From an uncultured virus (IMG/VR IMGVR_UViG_3300005201_000027) (lineage: Duplodnaviria; Heunggongvirae; Uroviricota; Caudoviricetes): 64,000 nt of DNA. Numbering within the stretch: the first letter of the stretch is position 1; each line of letters begins with the position of its first letter. The notes below the pieces were generated by a model, which was not told where the DNA came from, ran no database searches, and was given only the letters and a program-made list of their open reading frames with translations. The stretch lies in IMG/VR virus record IMGVR_UViG_3300005201_000027. The stretch is one strand, 5' to 3'. The position numbers and the translations under genes are program-made. Shown here piece after piece: positions 51,556 to 62,354 of this stretch.

Positions 51556-51852
51556 TTATTTATTTTTAGGGAACGTCTTAGCTAACGTTTCTTCTAACCA
51601 TGCCACACCTAAATCACTCCATTTAAGTGTGTTGCCACTGTTCTTGACATACTCTTTAGCTCCATCAACAGGGACTAATTTAATCTTATCGCCTACTGTC
51701 ACTTCTTCTAATACACCTGCTTTTACTAACGCTTGATGGATAGGTCTTGACGAACCTTTATACCCACTGGCTTCTAATACTTTCTTTGTGCTATGTGGGT
51801 ATGCTTCATCTCTAGTAGAAAGATATGGGGATAAATCTATTGCTTCTAACAT
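51556..51852 (-). CDS. Hypothetical protein
   Basis: 98-aa ORF with RBS GAGGTG. Confidence 0.65.
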   Translation of the reverse strand: MLEAIDLSPYLSTRDEAYPHSTKKVLEASGYKGSSRPIHQALVKAGVLEEVTVGDKIKLVPVDGAKEYVKNSGNTLKWSDLGVAWLEETLAKTFPKNK

Positions 51853-51932
51853 ATAATCACCTCTTTATTTGATACCTTTATTATAGCATATTAAAGGTAT
51901 TCTATTCAAACTAATCAGTACGACAAATTATG

Positions 51933-52220
51933 CTATAAATCTAATTGAAGATACTGGATACTATTAGCGATTCTTTCTGATTCTCTTTCTAATCTCAACA
52001 GTTCCGCTAGCTTGTCGCCAACAGATAATAAATCACCATAGCAGAACATGATAATAAATTTAACATGAGTGTCGCTTACTTTAGTCCTATTCTTAACCCA
52101 CATAGACATAGTATTTTGTGGGATACCTGTATCTTTAGACAATTCGTAACGTGTTAGCTTGTAAGACTGGCAATAAAGGTCAATCCAATGGGGTGGGGTT
52201 AGATTATGTTTTCTATTCAT
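51933..52220 (-). CDS. XRE-like HTH protein
   Basis: LTRYELSKDTGIPQNTMSMW. Confidence 0.7.
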   Translation of the reverse strand: MNRKHNLTPPHWIDLYCQSYKLTRYELSKDTGIPQNTMSMWVKNRTKVSDTHVKFIIMFCYGDLLSVGDKLAELLRLERESERIANSIQYLQLDL

Positions 52221-53202
52221 GAATAGACCTCATATTTTGCATTTCTTCTTTTAAAAACTCTCTACAAGACATCTCAAACAACCGTTGCGCCCACCTTATG
52301 AAATTATCCCTGTCTTTTTCAAATCCCATTGATACTGAATAGGAATATTCTTTAATGCCTAGATACCTAAACAATCCACTTCGTTCTTCATCTTTGATAT
52401 TATTCCAATATCTCGAAACCCACTCTTTAAAATTCTTATTTACGAAAATCGTATCACTATCTAATTCAAATAGCATCGACTTTGGATTCCCATACTTTTT
52501 ACTAAATGTTTTAGCATTAAACACTTCGTGTTCAAACCATTCGGATAAATCTTTAAAGTAGTCCACATAAATTGTTCTACCATTACTCTTAAACAAATCC
52601 TCAAACACCTTGTTTCTTCCAATAGAAAAGTCTTCCGAATACTTAGAAATACCCTCCTCTGCAAATCGTCTCTCTTTGTTGTTTTGAAATACCTTAAAAA
52701 TAAGAACTTTAACAATCTCACCAGTTTCTTTATTATATTCATATCCATAATTACCGTCCGATTTTGGTAGTGTGATTATTTTTCCTGTATTATAAGAGAA
52801 TTTTTCGATATTAATATACCTGTCGATACTCCACTCATTTTTACTATAATTCAAAGCAGGTAAAAGCAGTAACGGATTTTCTTTGACACGCTCCTCTATT
52901 CTCATTTTTTCTATCTCGTCCAACTTCTCATTACGTCTTGTGATACCCTCATTAAATCTCATTGTGGAATTTGGTGTATCGTCCACTATAAGTTGTAATT
53001 TATCTTTATGCTGAATATCCTTTCGTGCATTTTCTTCCCAAAACTGTTTTTGTGATTTTTCAAATTCTCTATTAGCTTTACAGCCTGCCCACTTAATAAG
53101 ACTATCAATTACACCTAGTGACGTTTTCCTAACAATCCTAGCTCCTAATCTTTCTTTCTTAACAATCGGCACAAACTTAATTCGTCCAAACATTCCCACC
53201 AC
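52213..53202 (-). CDS. Hypothetical protein
   Basis: 329-aa ORF; no family recognised. Confidence 0.65.
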   Translation of the reverse strand: MVGMFGRIKFVPIVKKERLGARIVRKTSLGVIDSLIKWAGCKANREFEKSQKQFWEENARKDIQHKDKLQLIVDDTPNSTMRFNEGITRRNEKLDEIEKMRIEERVKENPLLLLPALNYSKNEWSIDRYINIEKFSYNTGKIITLPKSDGNYGYEYNKETGEIVKVLIFKVFQNNKERRFAEEGISKYSEDFSIGRNKVFEDLFKSNGRTIYVDYFKDLSEWFEHEVFNAKTFSKKYGNPKSMLFELDSDTIFVNKNFKEWVSRYWNNIKDEERSGLFRYLGIKEYSYSVSMGFEKDRDNFIRWAQRLFEMSCREFLKEEMQNMRSIHE

Positions 53203-53295
53203 GTCCTTATAATTAATCTCTTTACGTCAAACATTGAATTAATAGGTAGGCAACAGCTATCATTGCCCACTATATACTTACCATACTACCACAAT

Positions 53296-53460
53296 TTATT
53301 TTTTATTAAGCTTCTCATACTCTTTGTCGATAAATTTTTCGACCAAATCGGCTTGTGTTACGCCTTTGTGATTGCAAATTTCCCTAAACTTCTTCAAATA
53401 TTCGGGCTTAATTTTTAGGGAAAGTCGTGCGCATCTGTTTACTGTAATCGGTCTAGCCAT
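53296..53460 (-). CDS. Ribbon-helix-helix DNA-binding protein (54 aa)
   Basis: MARP...RLSLKIKPEYLKKFREICNHKGVTQADLVEKFI. Confidence 0.7.
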   Translation of the reverse strand: MARPITVNRCARLSLKIKPEYLKKFREICNHKGVTQADLVEKFIDKEYEKLNKK

Positions 53461-53985
53461 TATTTTCACCACCTGTATAAATTATTTGGCATAGGTCTAT
53501 AATACTAGTAAGCTATCACCGCCACATTAGGGGGAGACTAGTAGAAAGAACTTTCCTCAAAAGTTTTATTTCCATGCTCTAACTATTTGCGACGTTTCCG
53601 CTTAATATAGGGCTTAACGTATTCCTCACTTACATAGACGACCGCTAACCATTATGAATGACTTTAGGGAATAAGTACCGTGCTTTTCATTCATTAGAAC
53701 CATTTTCTTATAATTCCCTTTCTAAATCAGCGATAATTTTAGAGATGTGCCCTTTATCGGTAGCTAACGTCACACGTTCGTTGTTTTGCAATTAAAGTAA
53801 GGAATTGAGTCAATACTATTTTAAGCATAATTTCACCGCCTTTCATTAGAGAATGCCCTAATGTGGCTGTAATAGCTTACTCATACCATAACTTACCTCA
53901 ATACCTAGAAATAGGTATTTTTATTTTGTCTTGACTTAATCATATCACTAGGAATTTATTAAGTCAAGACTTTATTTAATCTAAT

Positions 53986-55350
53986 TTATACGGCTTTACT
54001 TAGAATTTCCTCTAATTTTACGTCTGGTTTGTTTGTCCACCAAGCGGAACTACCTTTTGTAGCTCTACCGCCTTTTGGGCTAAATGTAAATCCTAATTCT
54101 TTAAGCCATGTTTGGCTAGAATCTGCTATTACCCATAATGCACCACCTTTATTACGCTTGTCAACAGTCTTGAAAGCAGGCTTTTGGACTAGTTGCACCA
54201 CGTTATTTGGCTTTAATTCTTGTAAAATCGTATCATTAACACTGTTTTCTACACTAATTACGCCATTTTCGGCAGTTAAAGAAATGTTTTTAGTGTCTTT
54301 AATACCTTTTTTAGTTTTAATTGATGCTGTCTTTAGTCGTTTAGCCCTCATTTTCCGCTTAACTAGTAGCGCATCGACTGTAATAATAGTGTGTTTTGAG
54401 ATGTTTTCAAGTAATGGGGTAGAGTTATCTTGCAGTTCTGCTACTGGAATAGGGATATGGGCTAACTCAACAGATGTTTCTACTTCCTTTTTAGGGAAGC
54501 GTGTACCGTTTTCCAGTACCTTAATCTTATTTTCTAGTCCACGGATATACAAATCCTTTTTATCTACCTTTAACTCCAGTTGCTCTAATTTATGTGATAA
54601 TGTCTTATTGTCATCATTAGCACGCTCTAACATTGCCTTTAATGCCTTGTTATTATCTTTGTACCGCCCCAATTTATTGACTAAATCCATTCTTTCAAAG
54701 GTCATTTCATTCGTGTCACAATCTAAGAAAAGCATTTCCTCTAAACGGTTAAAATCAGCCCATAGATTAGAGTTTTCTGATATTAATTCTTTGTTTTGAG
54801 ATTCTAGGACTAAATTTCTTGCCTCTAATTTCTCTAATTTTCCCGTTAATTCTTTACCCTCATTTTCTGCTGTTGCTAGGCTACACTCTAAATCTTCTAT
54901 CATTATAGGGCTAATACTGTTGTTTTCACTCTTTAATACCAGATTATCCCGAACGTATTGGGCACGTTCGTAAGCATATAGATTATTTGGAAGTTTTTCC
55001 ATGATAATATCAACCAATTCCATACACTCTTTCATGTGATTGTCGTTAACAAAACCTAGACCCATGTCGTGGCTATCCATATGCTTATTGTAATTCCCTT
55101 GAAAATCTTCTTTAAATCCAGCACTAGCGATAGGGGATAACTCATAGTACCCACTTGCTAGACTTTCCATCACCTCATAGGCGCTATCGCCTACCATACT
55201 TTCAAGTGCTCTAATGTCGGCAATCTCTTGTACCCAACTTGTGTCCTCCATATCGGAAAACATTTCTTGTAAGTTGGTAGCATACTCTAACAGTTCCGCT
55301 TTCTTTAATTTCTTTAATTCCACACCGTTTAGTAACTGTTCTTTTGTCAT
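53986..55350 (-). CDS. Coiled-coil hypothetical protein
   Basis: Long heptad region; C-terminal DKRNKGGALWV...GGRATKGSSAWW domain. Confidence 0.7.
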   Translation of the reverse strand: MTKEQLLNGVELKKLKKAELLEYATNLQEMFSDMEDTSWVQEIADIRALESMVGDSAYEVMESLASGYYELSPIASAGFKEDFQGNYNKHMDSHDMGLGFVNDNHMKECMELVDIIMEKLPNNLYAYERAQYVRDNLVLKSENNSISPIMIEDLECSLATAENEGKELTGKLEKLEARNLVLESQNKELISENSNLWADFNRLEEMLFLDCDTNEMTFERMDLVNKLGRYKDNNKALKAMLERANDDNKTLSHKLEQLELKVDKKDLYIRGLENKIKVLENGTRFPKKEVETSVELAHIPIPVAELQDNSTPLLENISKHTIITVDALLVKRKMRAKRLKTASIKTKKGIKDTKNISLTAENGVISVENSVNDTILQELKPNNVVQLVQKPAFKTVDKRNKGGALWVIADSSQTWLKELGFTFSPKGGRATKGSSAWWTNKPDVKLEEILSKAV

Positions 55351-55538
55351 ATTCACTATAATTACCACCTTTATTTTTATTTTAGAATTACATTGTATAT
55401 AAGTAATTCAATCGTTAGGACATAACAGGTATGCCCATACTATCAATCACTTATAAGAAACTTGCTAACACAATACCGATACCGCTTAGTAAAATCATTG
55501 CGGTTACTTTGTTGTCGCTCATTTATTACACGTCCTTT

Positions 55539-57433
55539 CTAGTCCCAATTTATGTTAAATGCTTTTTCTACCTTGATACTACAATTACTAACAAAGTCGC
55601 CCACTGCTTTATTTGTATCCTGTTCATAGACGTTTCCGACATATTTAGAATCAGAATCTCTAAACCAAACTCTTACATAATGTTTGGAAGCATCATATTC
55701 CGAACCATTCCACATATCAAGATTTAAATAAGTCTCATACATTTAGTTAACCTCTCTTTCTTTTACTACTTTAGATAAGAATCGTTTTAAGTTAGCGCCA
55801 CTAGGCTTAATTACATATTGATACCTACCGTCTACTACCGTATCGGGCAACAGTTCTGGACAAGTAAAGCCGTCTGCTAATGTTACTTTTAGTCCCCACG
55901 TTTTCCAACCGTAAATTAATCCGTTTTTATAATCCTGTTTTTTCATAGCGGTTAAGCTATAAATTAGGTGGTCATACTTTTTAGGAATATGGTGAGCTCC
56001 AACACTGCTATATAAATCATTTCTATCCACCACATTATAAATGGTGGCATTAATCATAGGTTTATTCCCGTGTCCGCTATCTACTGCTATCTCATTCATG
56101 TTAATTTTCATGTTAACACTTCCTTTTCGACATTCTGTTTTTAATTTTTGTGATATAATATAGGTACACATATTTAATGGAGCGTGATACAATGTTAGAC
56201 TTAATTTTTAATCATTCTAAACTGTTGCTAGGCTTTCTTTTTATGCTATTCGGATTAAGTGGATTTATAGGAATAGAAAGAGCGTTGCCCATACTGCTAT
56301 TCCTATATTTCCCCTTTATAGCTTTTGCATTATGGGATTTATTTACTGAAATACTTGAAAATCTTTTCTAACAATTCTATCAATGGTAGGATTGTTTTTC
56401 TTTTTATCTTCATAACACGCTTATCACGACTATATAAGAACCATTCAACAGTGAACAGCAATCCGATACCCATAAACATTAAAAACATAATTTGTGCCGA
56501 CATTGTTATAAGTCTTATTGGTTGTGGTTGCCATACCCTACAAATTTCCGATATACCATACATATAGCATTCCTCTAATTCTACCCACATATTAACACGT
56601 CCTTTCCTGTTACTTTTACATACCCTTGTTTAATCATTGCCTCATATAGCGAGGGCATTGTATGGGGTGCTCTTAATTCAACCGCTGGTTTATATGCAAT
56701 CTTTTCACCGCTAGGACGTTCCGCATACTTTAACATTTCACCATTTAACATGTGGTAGGTGGTAACCTCATACATTCCACCTACCAGTTTTATTTCTCTA
56801 ACCACGGTATCATACATCTTTCCCACCTCTTGTTTTACTACCCATGTTCCCACATATTTGTCATTATTCATATTAACATTATTCATATTAACACTTCCTT
56901 TATAGTTTTATTTGAACCGTAATGGATTCAATGGATAGGGCAAACGATTTGCCCTACCTATCAAGCCACTACTTTAATTTAATTGCTTTTAGATAATCTT
57001 CCATTAGTTCGTCACGGTATTCCCACAATTTATCTAAATCCCATTTATAAAACATAGGGGCACACACTTCACAATAATCTTTTTCCGTACAATTTTCTGG
57101 GTATAAATTTCCTTCTATTTTGTTTAGTAGATATTCTAATTCCACAATATCTTTAACAGCATGAGCTTTTACTATAATGCTATTGTAAATTCTCACCAAC
57201 GCTTTAATTATAGTATCCTCACATACTTTTAACCCGTCCAGTTCACACGCTACTTTTAGTTTTTCTTCCACCTCATATGTGGGGATTAATTGGTAGAATG
57301 AAGCGCCTTGATACATTTTCTTTAAAGCATCGTAATTTGACATTTCACCACGCAAATATTTTAATGTTTCTTGATTTTCTAAAATGCTTGCCATACCCTC
57401 AATTTCAATGATAGTGTTGATTAAATTTGTCAT
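55539..57433 (-). CDS. Cluster of small early hypothetical genes (55539-55742, 55743-56111, 56581-56886, 56969-57433)
   Basis: Co-oriented ORFs with RBSs (AAAGGAAG, AAGGAGG). Confidence 0.6.
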
Positions 57434-57505
57434 ATTGTTTTCCTCCTTGTATTTAAGTTACTTATAAAGTACTTTTATAGGTTATTTTTTAGTAGCCGTT
57501 TCCAG

Positions 57506-57691
57506 CTACTTTTTTACCGATTTTCTTACTCTAATTTCCGTTCCATCAAAACTTAATTCAACGTCCCTATCTGATTCGGTTATACCCATATTTTCAATCC
57601 ACATTAAAGGAATAGGCAACCTAAACGATAGTGATTTTAATTCTTTACCCGTTTTGACAAGGTTTAATTTACTGACTTTCTTTACCGCCAT
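57506..57691 (-). CDS. AbrB/MazE/SpoVT-like DNA-binding protein (copy 1)
   Basis: RLPIPLMWIENMGITESDRDVELSFDG. Confidence 0.75.
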   Translation of the reverse strand: MAVKKVSKLNLVKTGKELKSLSFRLPIPLMWIENMGITESDRDVELSFDGTEIRVRKSVKK

Positions 57692-57789
57692 TACTGTAAC
57701 AACTCCATCACGTTCCGAATAATCGCAACAATAATGATTACAAGGGCTATTGCTAGTAAAGCTATTTGTAAATTTAATTTATGTCGCAT
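57691..57789 (-). CDS. Small membrane peptide (32 aa)
   Basis: MRHKLNLQIALLAIALVIIIVAIIRNVMELLQ; RBS GAGGTG; TAATG coupling. Confidence 0.7.
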   Translation of the reverse strand: MRHKLNLQIALLAIALVIIIVAIIRNVMELLQ

Positions 57790-57839
57790 ATTCTCACCTC
57801 ATATGTTATAATGATAAGGGGAATAAAATCCCCTCACCA

Positions 57840-58022
57840 CTATTTGTTATTGCTACTATTTATCCACTCTAATATCCAACGGATAATAGTACCAATTGAC
57901 ACGGCTATTGCAAACCAATCTCTTAACCGTGTCCGTAAACTTTCTTTAGGCGCTTGCTTTTGGTTATTTGCGGTAACCTTTTGTTTAGCGCCCTTTTTGT
58001 GTTTATTTTTACGTCTAGGCAT
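57840..58022 (-). CDS. Small basic membrane peptide (60 aa), toxin-like
   Basis: RBS AAGGAGGTG; promoter TTTACA-N17-TATAAT; C-terminal hydrophobic helix. Confidence 0.7.
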   Translation of the reverse strand: MPRRKNKHKKGAKQKVTANNQKQAPKESLRTRLRDWFAIAVSIGTIIRWILEWINSSNNK

Positions 58023-58103
58023 TTCGCTCACCTCCTTATACTTAACATTATAGCACTTATAAAGTTACTTGTAAAGTACTTTTTAATATTTTTAAAAATA
58101 ATT

Positions 58104-58541
58104 CTATCGGCAAACTTCACTTAAATGATTAATCCCTAATTCTTGCCATACGTTCACATTATAATATGTGGATAGGTTATGCGCATAATCTACCGTCCAC
58201 GTTGGAAGCATATACCGACCGCCAACGTATTCACAACGAATATTACTTGCCACCTCATACCATTGTTGGGCATAAGTGGATACTTCAACGCTTGCATTAC
58301 CGAACACGTTGGCATAAATAATCATACCGATAAAAATTAATAAGGGTGCTAGCAATACGGCGTTATGCCAGTCGTCACCGTTACCACCTAAGAAAGTATT
58401 TCCCTTTGCTGCTGCTGCTTTAGGTTTAGTCGTTGTGTTCTTGCTTGCTTCCAATTTGTTAGCAACTGCTTCCACAACGTCACCAACAAAAATTTTAATG
58501 TCTAGCCATAAGATTTCTAATTTTAATTTTAAGATTGTCAT
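58104..58541 (-). CDS. Hypothetical membrane protein
   Basis: Central hydrophobic segment; RBS GAGGT. Confidence 0.6.
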   Translation of the reverse strand: MTILKLKLEILWLDIKIFVGDVVEAVANKLEASKNTTTKPKAAAAKGNTFLGGNGDDWHNAVLLAPLLIFIGMIIYANVFGNASVEVSTYAQQWYEVASNIRCEYVGGRYMLPTWTVDYAHNLSTYYNVNVWQELGINHLSEVCR

Positions 58542-58816
58542 AATAATTACCTCTTTCATTGCGCCTATGCGCTCTTTTTAATTGTTAAGCCTAGGCTTAA
58601 TAATGGGAACAACTAGCAAGCGCAAAGCATTGTTATACAAGTTGTTCCCACGGTTAAAACTAGGATTTTATTTAAGTAGTTGAACCACGTTCCCAACAGT
58701 TTGAATTATTTGGGTGGTTAGAACGTGGTGCCATTGTATCGCTATCGGCTTGCTATTCGGTTGAGAAAGAACACTCATTTGATAGTGGTGCAAGACCTTT
58801 TAAAAAAATTTGTTTG

Positions 58817-59005
58817 TTACAAATCTTTCTTTTTTTCAATCTTAATACAAGACCCGTCAAACGATAGTGTTATATCTCTATCGTTCTCACTTAATCCCAT
58901 ATTTTCACACCACGTTTTAGGTAGGTTAGTTCTGAAGTTTTTCGTTTCAAAACCCTTTTTATTCTTTGTCTTGTAGACAAGGGCTTTTATTGTACGTTGT
59001 TCCAT
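58817..59005 (-). CDS. AbrB/MazE/SpoVT-like DNA-binding protein (copy 2)
   Basis: RTNLPKTWCENMGLSENDRDITLSFDG; own promoter TTGCAC-N17-TATAAT. Confidence 0.75.
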   Translation of the reverse strand: MEQRTIKALVYKTKNKKGFETKNFRTNLPKTWCENMGLSENDRDITLSFDGSCIKIEKKKDL

Positions 59006-59123
59006 TCCGTTCACCTCTATACTTATTATAACATAGAGAGGGTAGTAGTGCAAGACTTATTTTAATCTTTTTTGTAAATATTCGCCACCACACTAGCTAA
59101 AGCATGGTAGCAAGTGTTTACCG

Positions 59124-59207
59124 CTAACCGATTAGCAGAACAACAATAACACCGATTAGCAATAGGACAAATCCTAGAAAAGTTGATATAATAAACTTCT
59201 TTTCCAT
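59124..59207 (-). CDS. Small membrane peptide (27 aa)
   Basis: MEKKFIISTFLGFVLLLIGVIVVLLIG; RBS AAAGGGTG. Confidence 0.65.
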   Translation of the reverse strand: MEKKFIISTFLGFVLLLIGVIVVLLIG

Positions 59208-59265
59208 TGCAATCACCCTTTCTAGGTGCTATAATTAGATACAGCACCCTTTTTTAATTTTGGTG

Positions 59266-59466
59266 TTACCCATTAGAAGCAAGCCATGCACCAACTATCA
59301 TTCCGATAATTGGGCCCAGTGCCGTCAACACTATGGCTACCCACGCTATGGGTTTAGTTTTGGAGGTGTCCGAACTTTCAACCTTGATAACGAAAACGTG
59401 GGTAGACTCCATTTTAACGTTATGGTTTAGGTTGATTGTGGGAACCTCTTTTTTAGGTTCAACCAT
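59266..59466 (-). CDS. Small membrane peptide (66 aa), toxin-like
   Basis: C-terminal hydrophobic helix; promoter TTGCAC-N17-TATACT. Confidence 0.65.
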   Translation of the reverse strand: MVEPKKEVPTINLNHNVKMESTHVFVIKVESSDTSKTKPIAWVAIVLTALGPIIGMIVGAWLASNG

Positions 59467-59939
59467 TTTTTCACCCCCATTCTTATTAAGTTGTAAGTAG
59501 CTGTATTGCCTCGCTATACTAATAGTATACCACGTTTTGTGTAGTAGTGCAATACCTTTTACAACAAATTCTAAAAAAACTTTTCCCCACGTTTAAAATA
59601 TGCCGATGTGCGCACGTGTATATATAAGGATAGGGTGAAGAGTTAAAGCCACAATTGGGATTAATTGGGATAGATGGAATATATTAGGAACACCCAACTA
59701 GGAATAATTTTAGGGAACACGTTCGGGGAATGTTAGGGATAGTATTAAGGTAGAGCGGTAAGGCAAATATTATGACCGTTGGAGTGTGGCAACGTTTTGG
59801 GTTATGAGTTGGGGCGACTTTGCTTTTAACGGTGGTAATACTATCACGTCGCACATGGTAGCGCTATCCCATATGCATAATAATCACATGGAAAGTATGC
59901 AAAACTGCATTAAAAATGATGCAAAACGAACACAAGTTT

Positions 59940-59967
59940 ATTCAACATAAGAGAGGTTATATTGAAT
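59940..59967. other. dif-like Xer recombination site
   Basis: 11-6-11 geometry ATTCAACATAA-GAGAGG-TTATATTGAAT; arm TTATGTTGAAT is one base from the XerD arm TTATGTTAAAT. Confidence 0.6.
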
Positions 59968-60420
59968 ATAGATAATTATGTGGTGAATGTCCGCCACGGG
60001 GTAGGGGGTAGGGGTCTTTAAATTTGTTCAGGAACAGCTCTTATAGTCAATATTCACAATTTTTCTAAAATTCAAAGCAACAATTTTCCCAACCCCGATA
60101 CGACAATTTTTCAGACAAAATTTTCCTTAAAATTATCCCTAATCATTTCCAAAACTTTCCGAAATTTTAAATCGAAGATTCAATTCAAAGCTTTAAACCC
60201 AAAGGGGTAGGGGCATCCCCTGCGCCCACGCTCCGCCGAACAGCTAATCGAAATTTAAATTTTCAAAATTTCTATTTTAAGGATTCTTCACAGGTAAATA
60301 AAATCCAATCTCTGGGAAATTGAATGTATCTAAGACCTCTTCTAATTTGTTTCTGTACAACCGTTTACCTACACCTGCTCTGCCATATCTTTTCATAGGT
60401 TTTGGCAACACAATCACCTC

Positions 60421-61409
60421 CTAATCCTCAATTGGAACGTGACGACTACCTGAATCGTGATATTTGATAACAAGCTCCAGATAATTTTCGTGGCAAGCAT
60501 CGTGAAATTCAAAGTGTCTAGCTGTGTGCAATATTAACGCTAAATGTTCGTCATCGTCAATATCCTTAATCTCGTCCCAAATATCTGTACACATTGATGA
60601 TAATTCCTGTTCATAAGCTTCTCTGCAAAAGGAACGCCTAAGTTTAGATTCTTTTATATGGGCATATTTTCTATAATCAGGAATCTTATCCTCTCTTATG
60701 TTGTTTATTCTAAAAATCATATAATCAATCCTAAAATAAAATTTATAATCAAAATAGATACACCGCTTACCAATTCTATAATTACAGCCTGATTCAAATT
60801 ATTCGGTATACCCATAATCCTAACCACGATTATCAAGACGATAAACGTAGTAACTGATTCTAATATGACCTTTCTAAGCATCGCTTGACGTTCCGTTACT
60901 AAACATGTTTAACAGCGGAATATAACGTTTCGAATACTTCTTGTACAACGTCTGTCGGAACGTAAGTGCAGATACCTCCTGAACCGTAATCTTTAAGCAT
61001 TTCTCTCACCTCATCTTCCTGTAAACTATCTCGTTCTAAGAAATTGACCGTAACTTCCCAAGTCTTATACCCATCCCATGTTGCTAAATTCTCCTTGGGA
61101 TAACAATAATGACCACAGCTTGCCTGAATCGCCAGCCTAGCCAAAACGTGCTCCCAATCGTTGGCAAAGAAGATAGGCTCATTGACCCTGATTGCATCCT
61201 GTGGCAAATCTCCTGCGTAACATCTTTGTAAGTAATCCGTAAATCTAGGTGTGTCCATTGTGCTCCAACTCATTATCTTCACCCCTGTTCAATTCTGATT
61301 TAATCGTATCTTGCCACCATATCGGAATTTGTACGAATGCGATACGCTCACCATCGAACCCATACTTGCCCATAACCTTGACAATATCCTCGTGACTAAT
61401 ATTTTCCAT
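60421..61409 (-). CDS. Small hypothetical genes (60421-60720, 60899-61273, 61245-61409)
   Basis: Co-oriented ORFs; no family recognised. Confidence 0.5.
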
Positions 61410-61638
61410 GAAAATCCCTCCGTCAAGGTCATTATTGCCAATATTGGTGATATTTATACACAGAATCGCATAATGTTTATTGGGCACATTGATTTGCATG
61501 AGGGGTTAGCATTACCCCGATGACTCACACCTACATTGCTACAAGCCCCATATTAGCCCGTAGAGCTATTTTTATCCTCGCCCCTTATATTTTCTAGGGT
61601 TTGGGTGAAAGCTGTCTCTACGGGCTTTTATGGGGGTT

Positions 61639-62220
61639 TTAGGCTACGTTTCGTTTGAACATTGTCCTGATTTCTTCAATAAGCTGTTCCGAATCCTTGA
61701 AGAACCTGATTCGCTTAAACCATAGCAAAGCCTTGGCATATTCTTTTTTGTTCATAAATTCCGTAGCTTCATCATATATTCTCTCAACGTCTGCCATCAT
61801 CTCGGTCTGGCTACGTTCTGACACCACTTCCTCTGGGAAGAAGAGATTGGGTTTAGGATTAGGTGAAGAGGCAGTTATCATCAACTGTTCTAACTCACTA
61901 CGCCCCCAAAGGCTCACATTAGCCGTCTGTGCTAAGTTTAGTGCCTGTCGGGTATATGAACTGGTTGTTATGACCAAAGCCCTGTCAGCGCCGTAATATA
62001 GCTTTCCAGCGATAACCTCTTGTACTCCTCCGACACTTACATTAGATTTATAGCGTTTAGCTTGAACGGCAATCTTCTTGTCACCCTCGTACAATATTAA
62101 ATCAACTCCGTAATCACCAGAGCCTTTGGTCACTTCTCCTCGATAACCGATTCGCTTAAATAGCCCCATCAAGTATTTTTCAAATTCGTGTCCATCCATT
62201 CCGTCAAAATTATAGCTCAT
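61639..62220 (-). CDS. Mrr-like (Mrr_cat) restriction endonuclease
   Basis: MDGHEFE, SGDYGVD, AVQAKRY, VITTSSYT. Confidence 0.9.
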   Translation of the reverse strand: MSYNFDGMDGHEFEKYLMGLFKRIGYRGEVTKGSGDYGVDLILYEGDKKIAVQAKRYKSNVSVGGVQEVIAGKLYYGADRALVITTSSYTRQALNLAQTANVSLWGRSELEQLMITASSPNPKPNLFFPEEVVSERSQTEMMADVERIYDEATEFMNKKEYAKALLWFKRIRFFKDSEQLIEEIRTMFKRNVA

Positions 62221-62354
62221 GTTTTCTCTCCGTCCATTGATGTGATTTTTGTCTCCATTTGATTTTACCACAGATTCGGGGGCAGGTGTTGTCTAAAATG
62301 TTTTTCAAAAGGATTTATGAAAATTTTCATTTTGCGAAGCTGTTATTAAATAAA

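Noticed and set aside
54029..54799. 256-aa plus-strand ORF and other antisense ORFs in the track
   Set aside because: Shadows of real genes on the opposite strand; no RBS or recognisable motifs
59998..60213. GGGTAGGG motifs as KOPS guiding FtsK to the dif-like site
   Set aside because: They point away from the site, and GGGNAGGG is the E. coli-type motif rather than the Bacillus SRS
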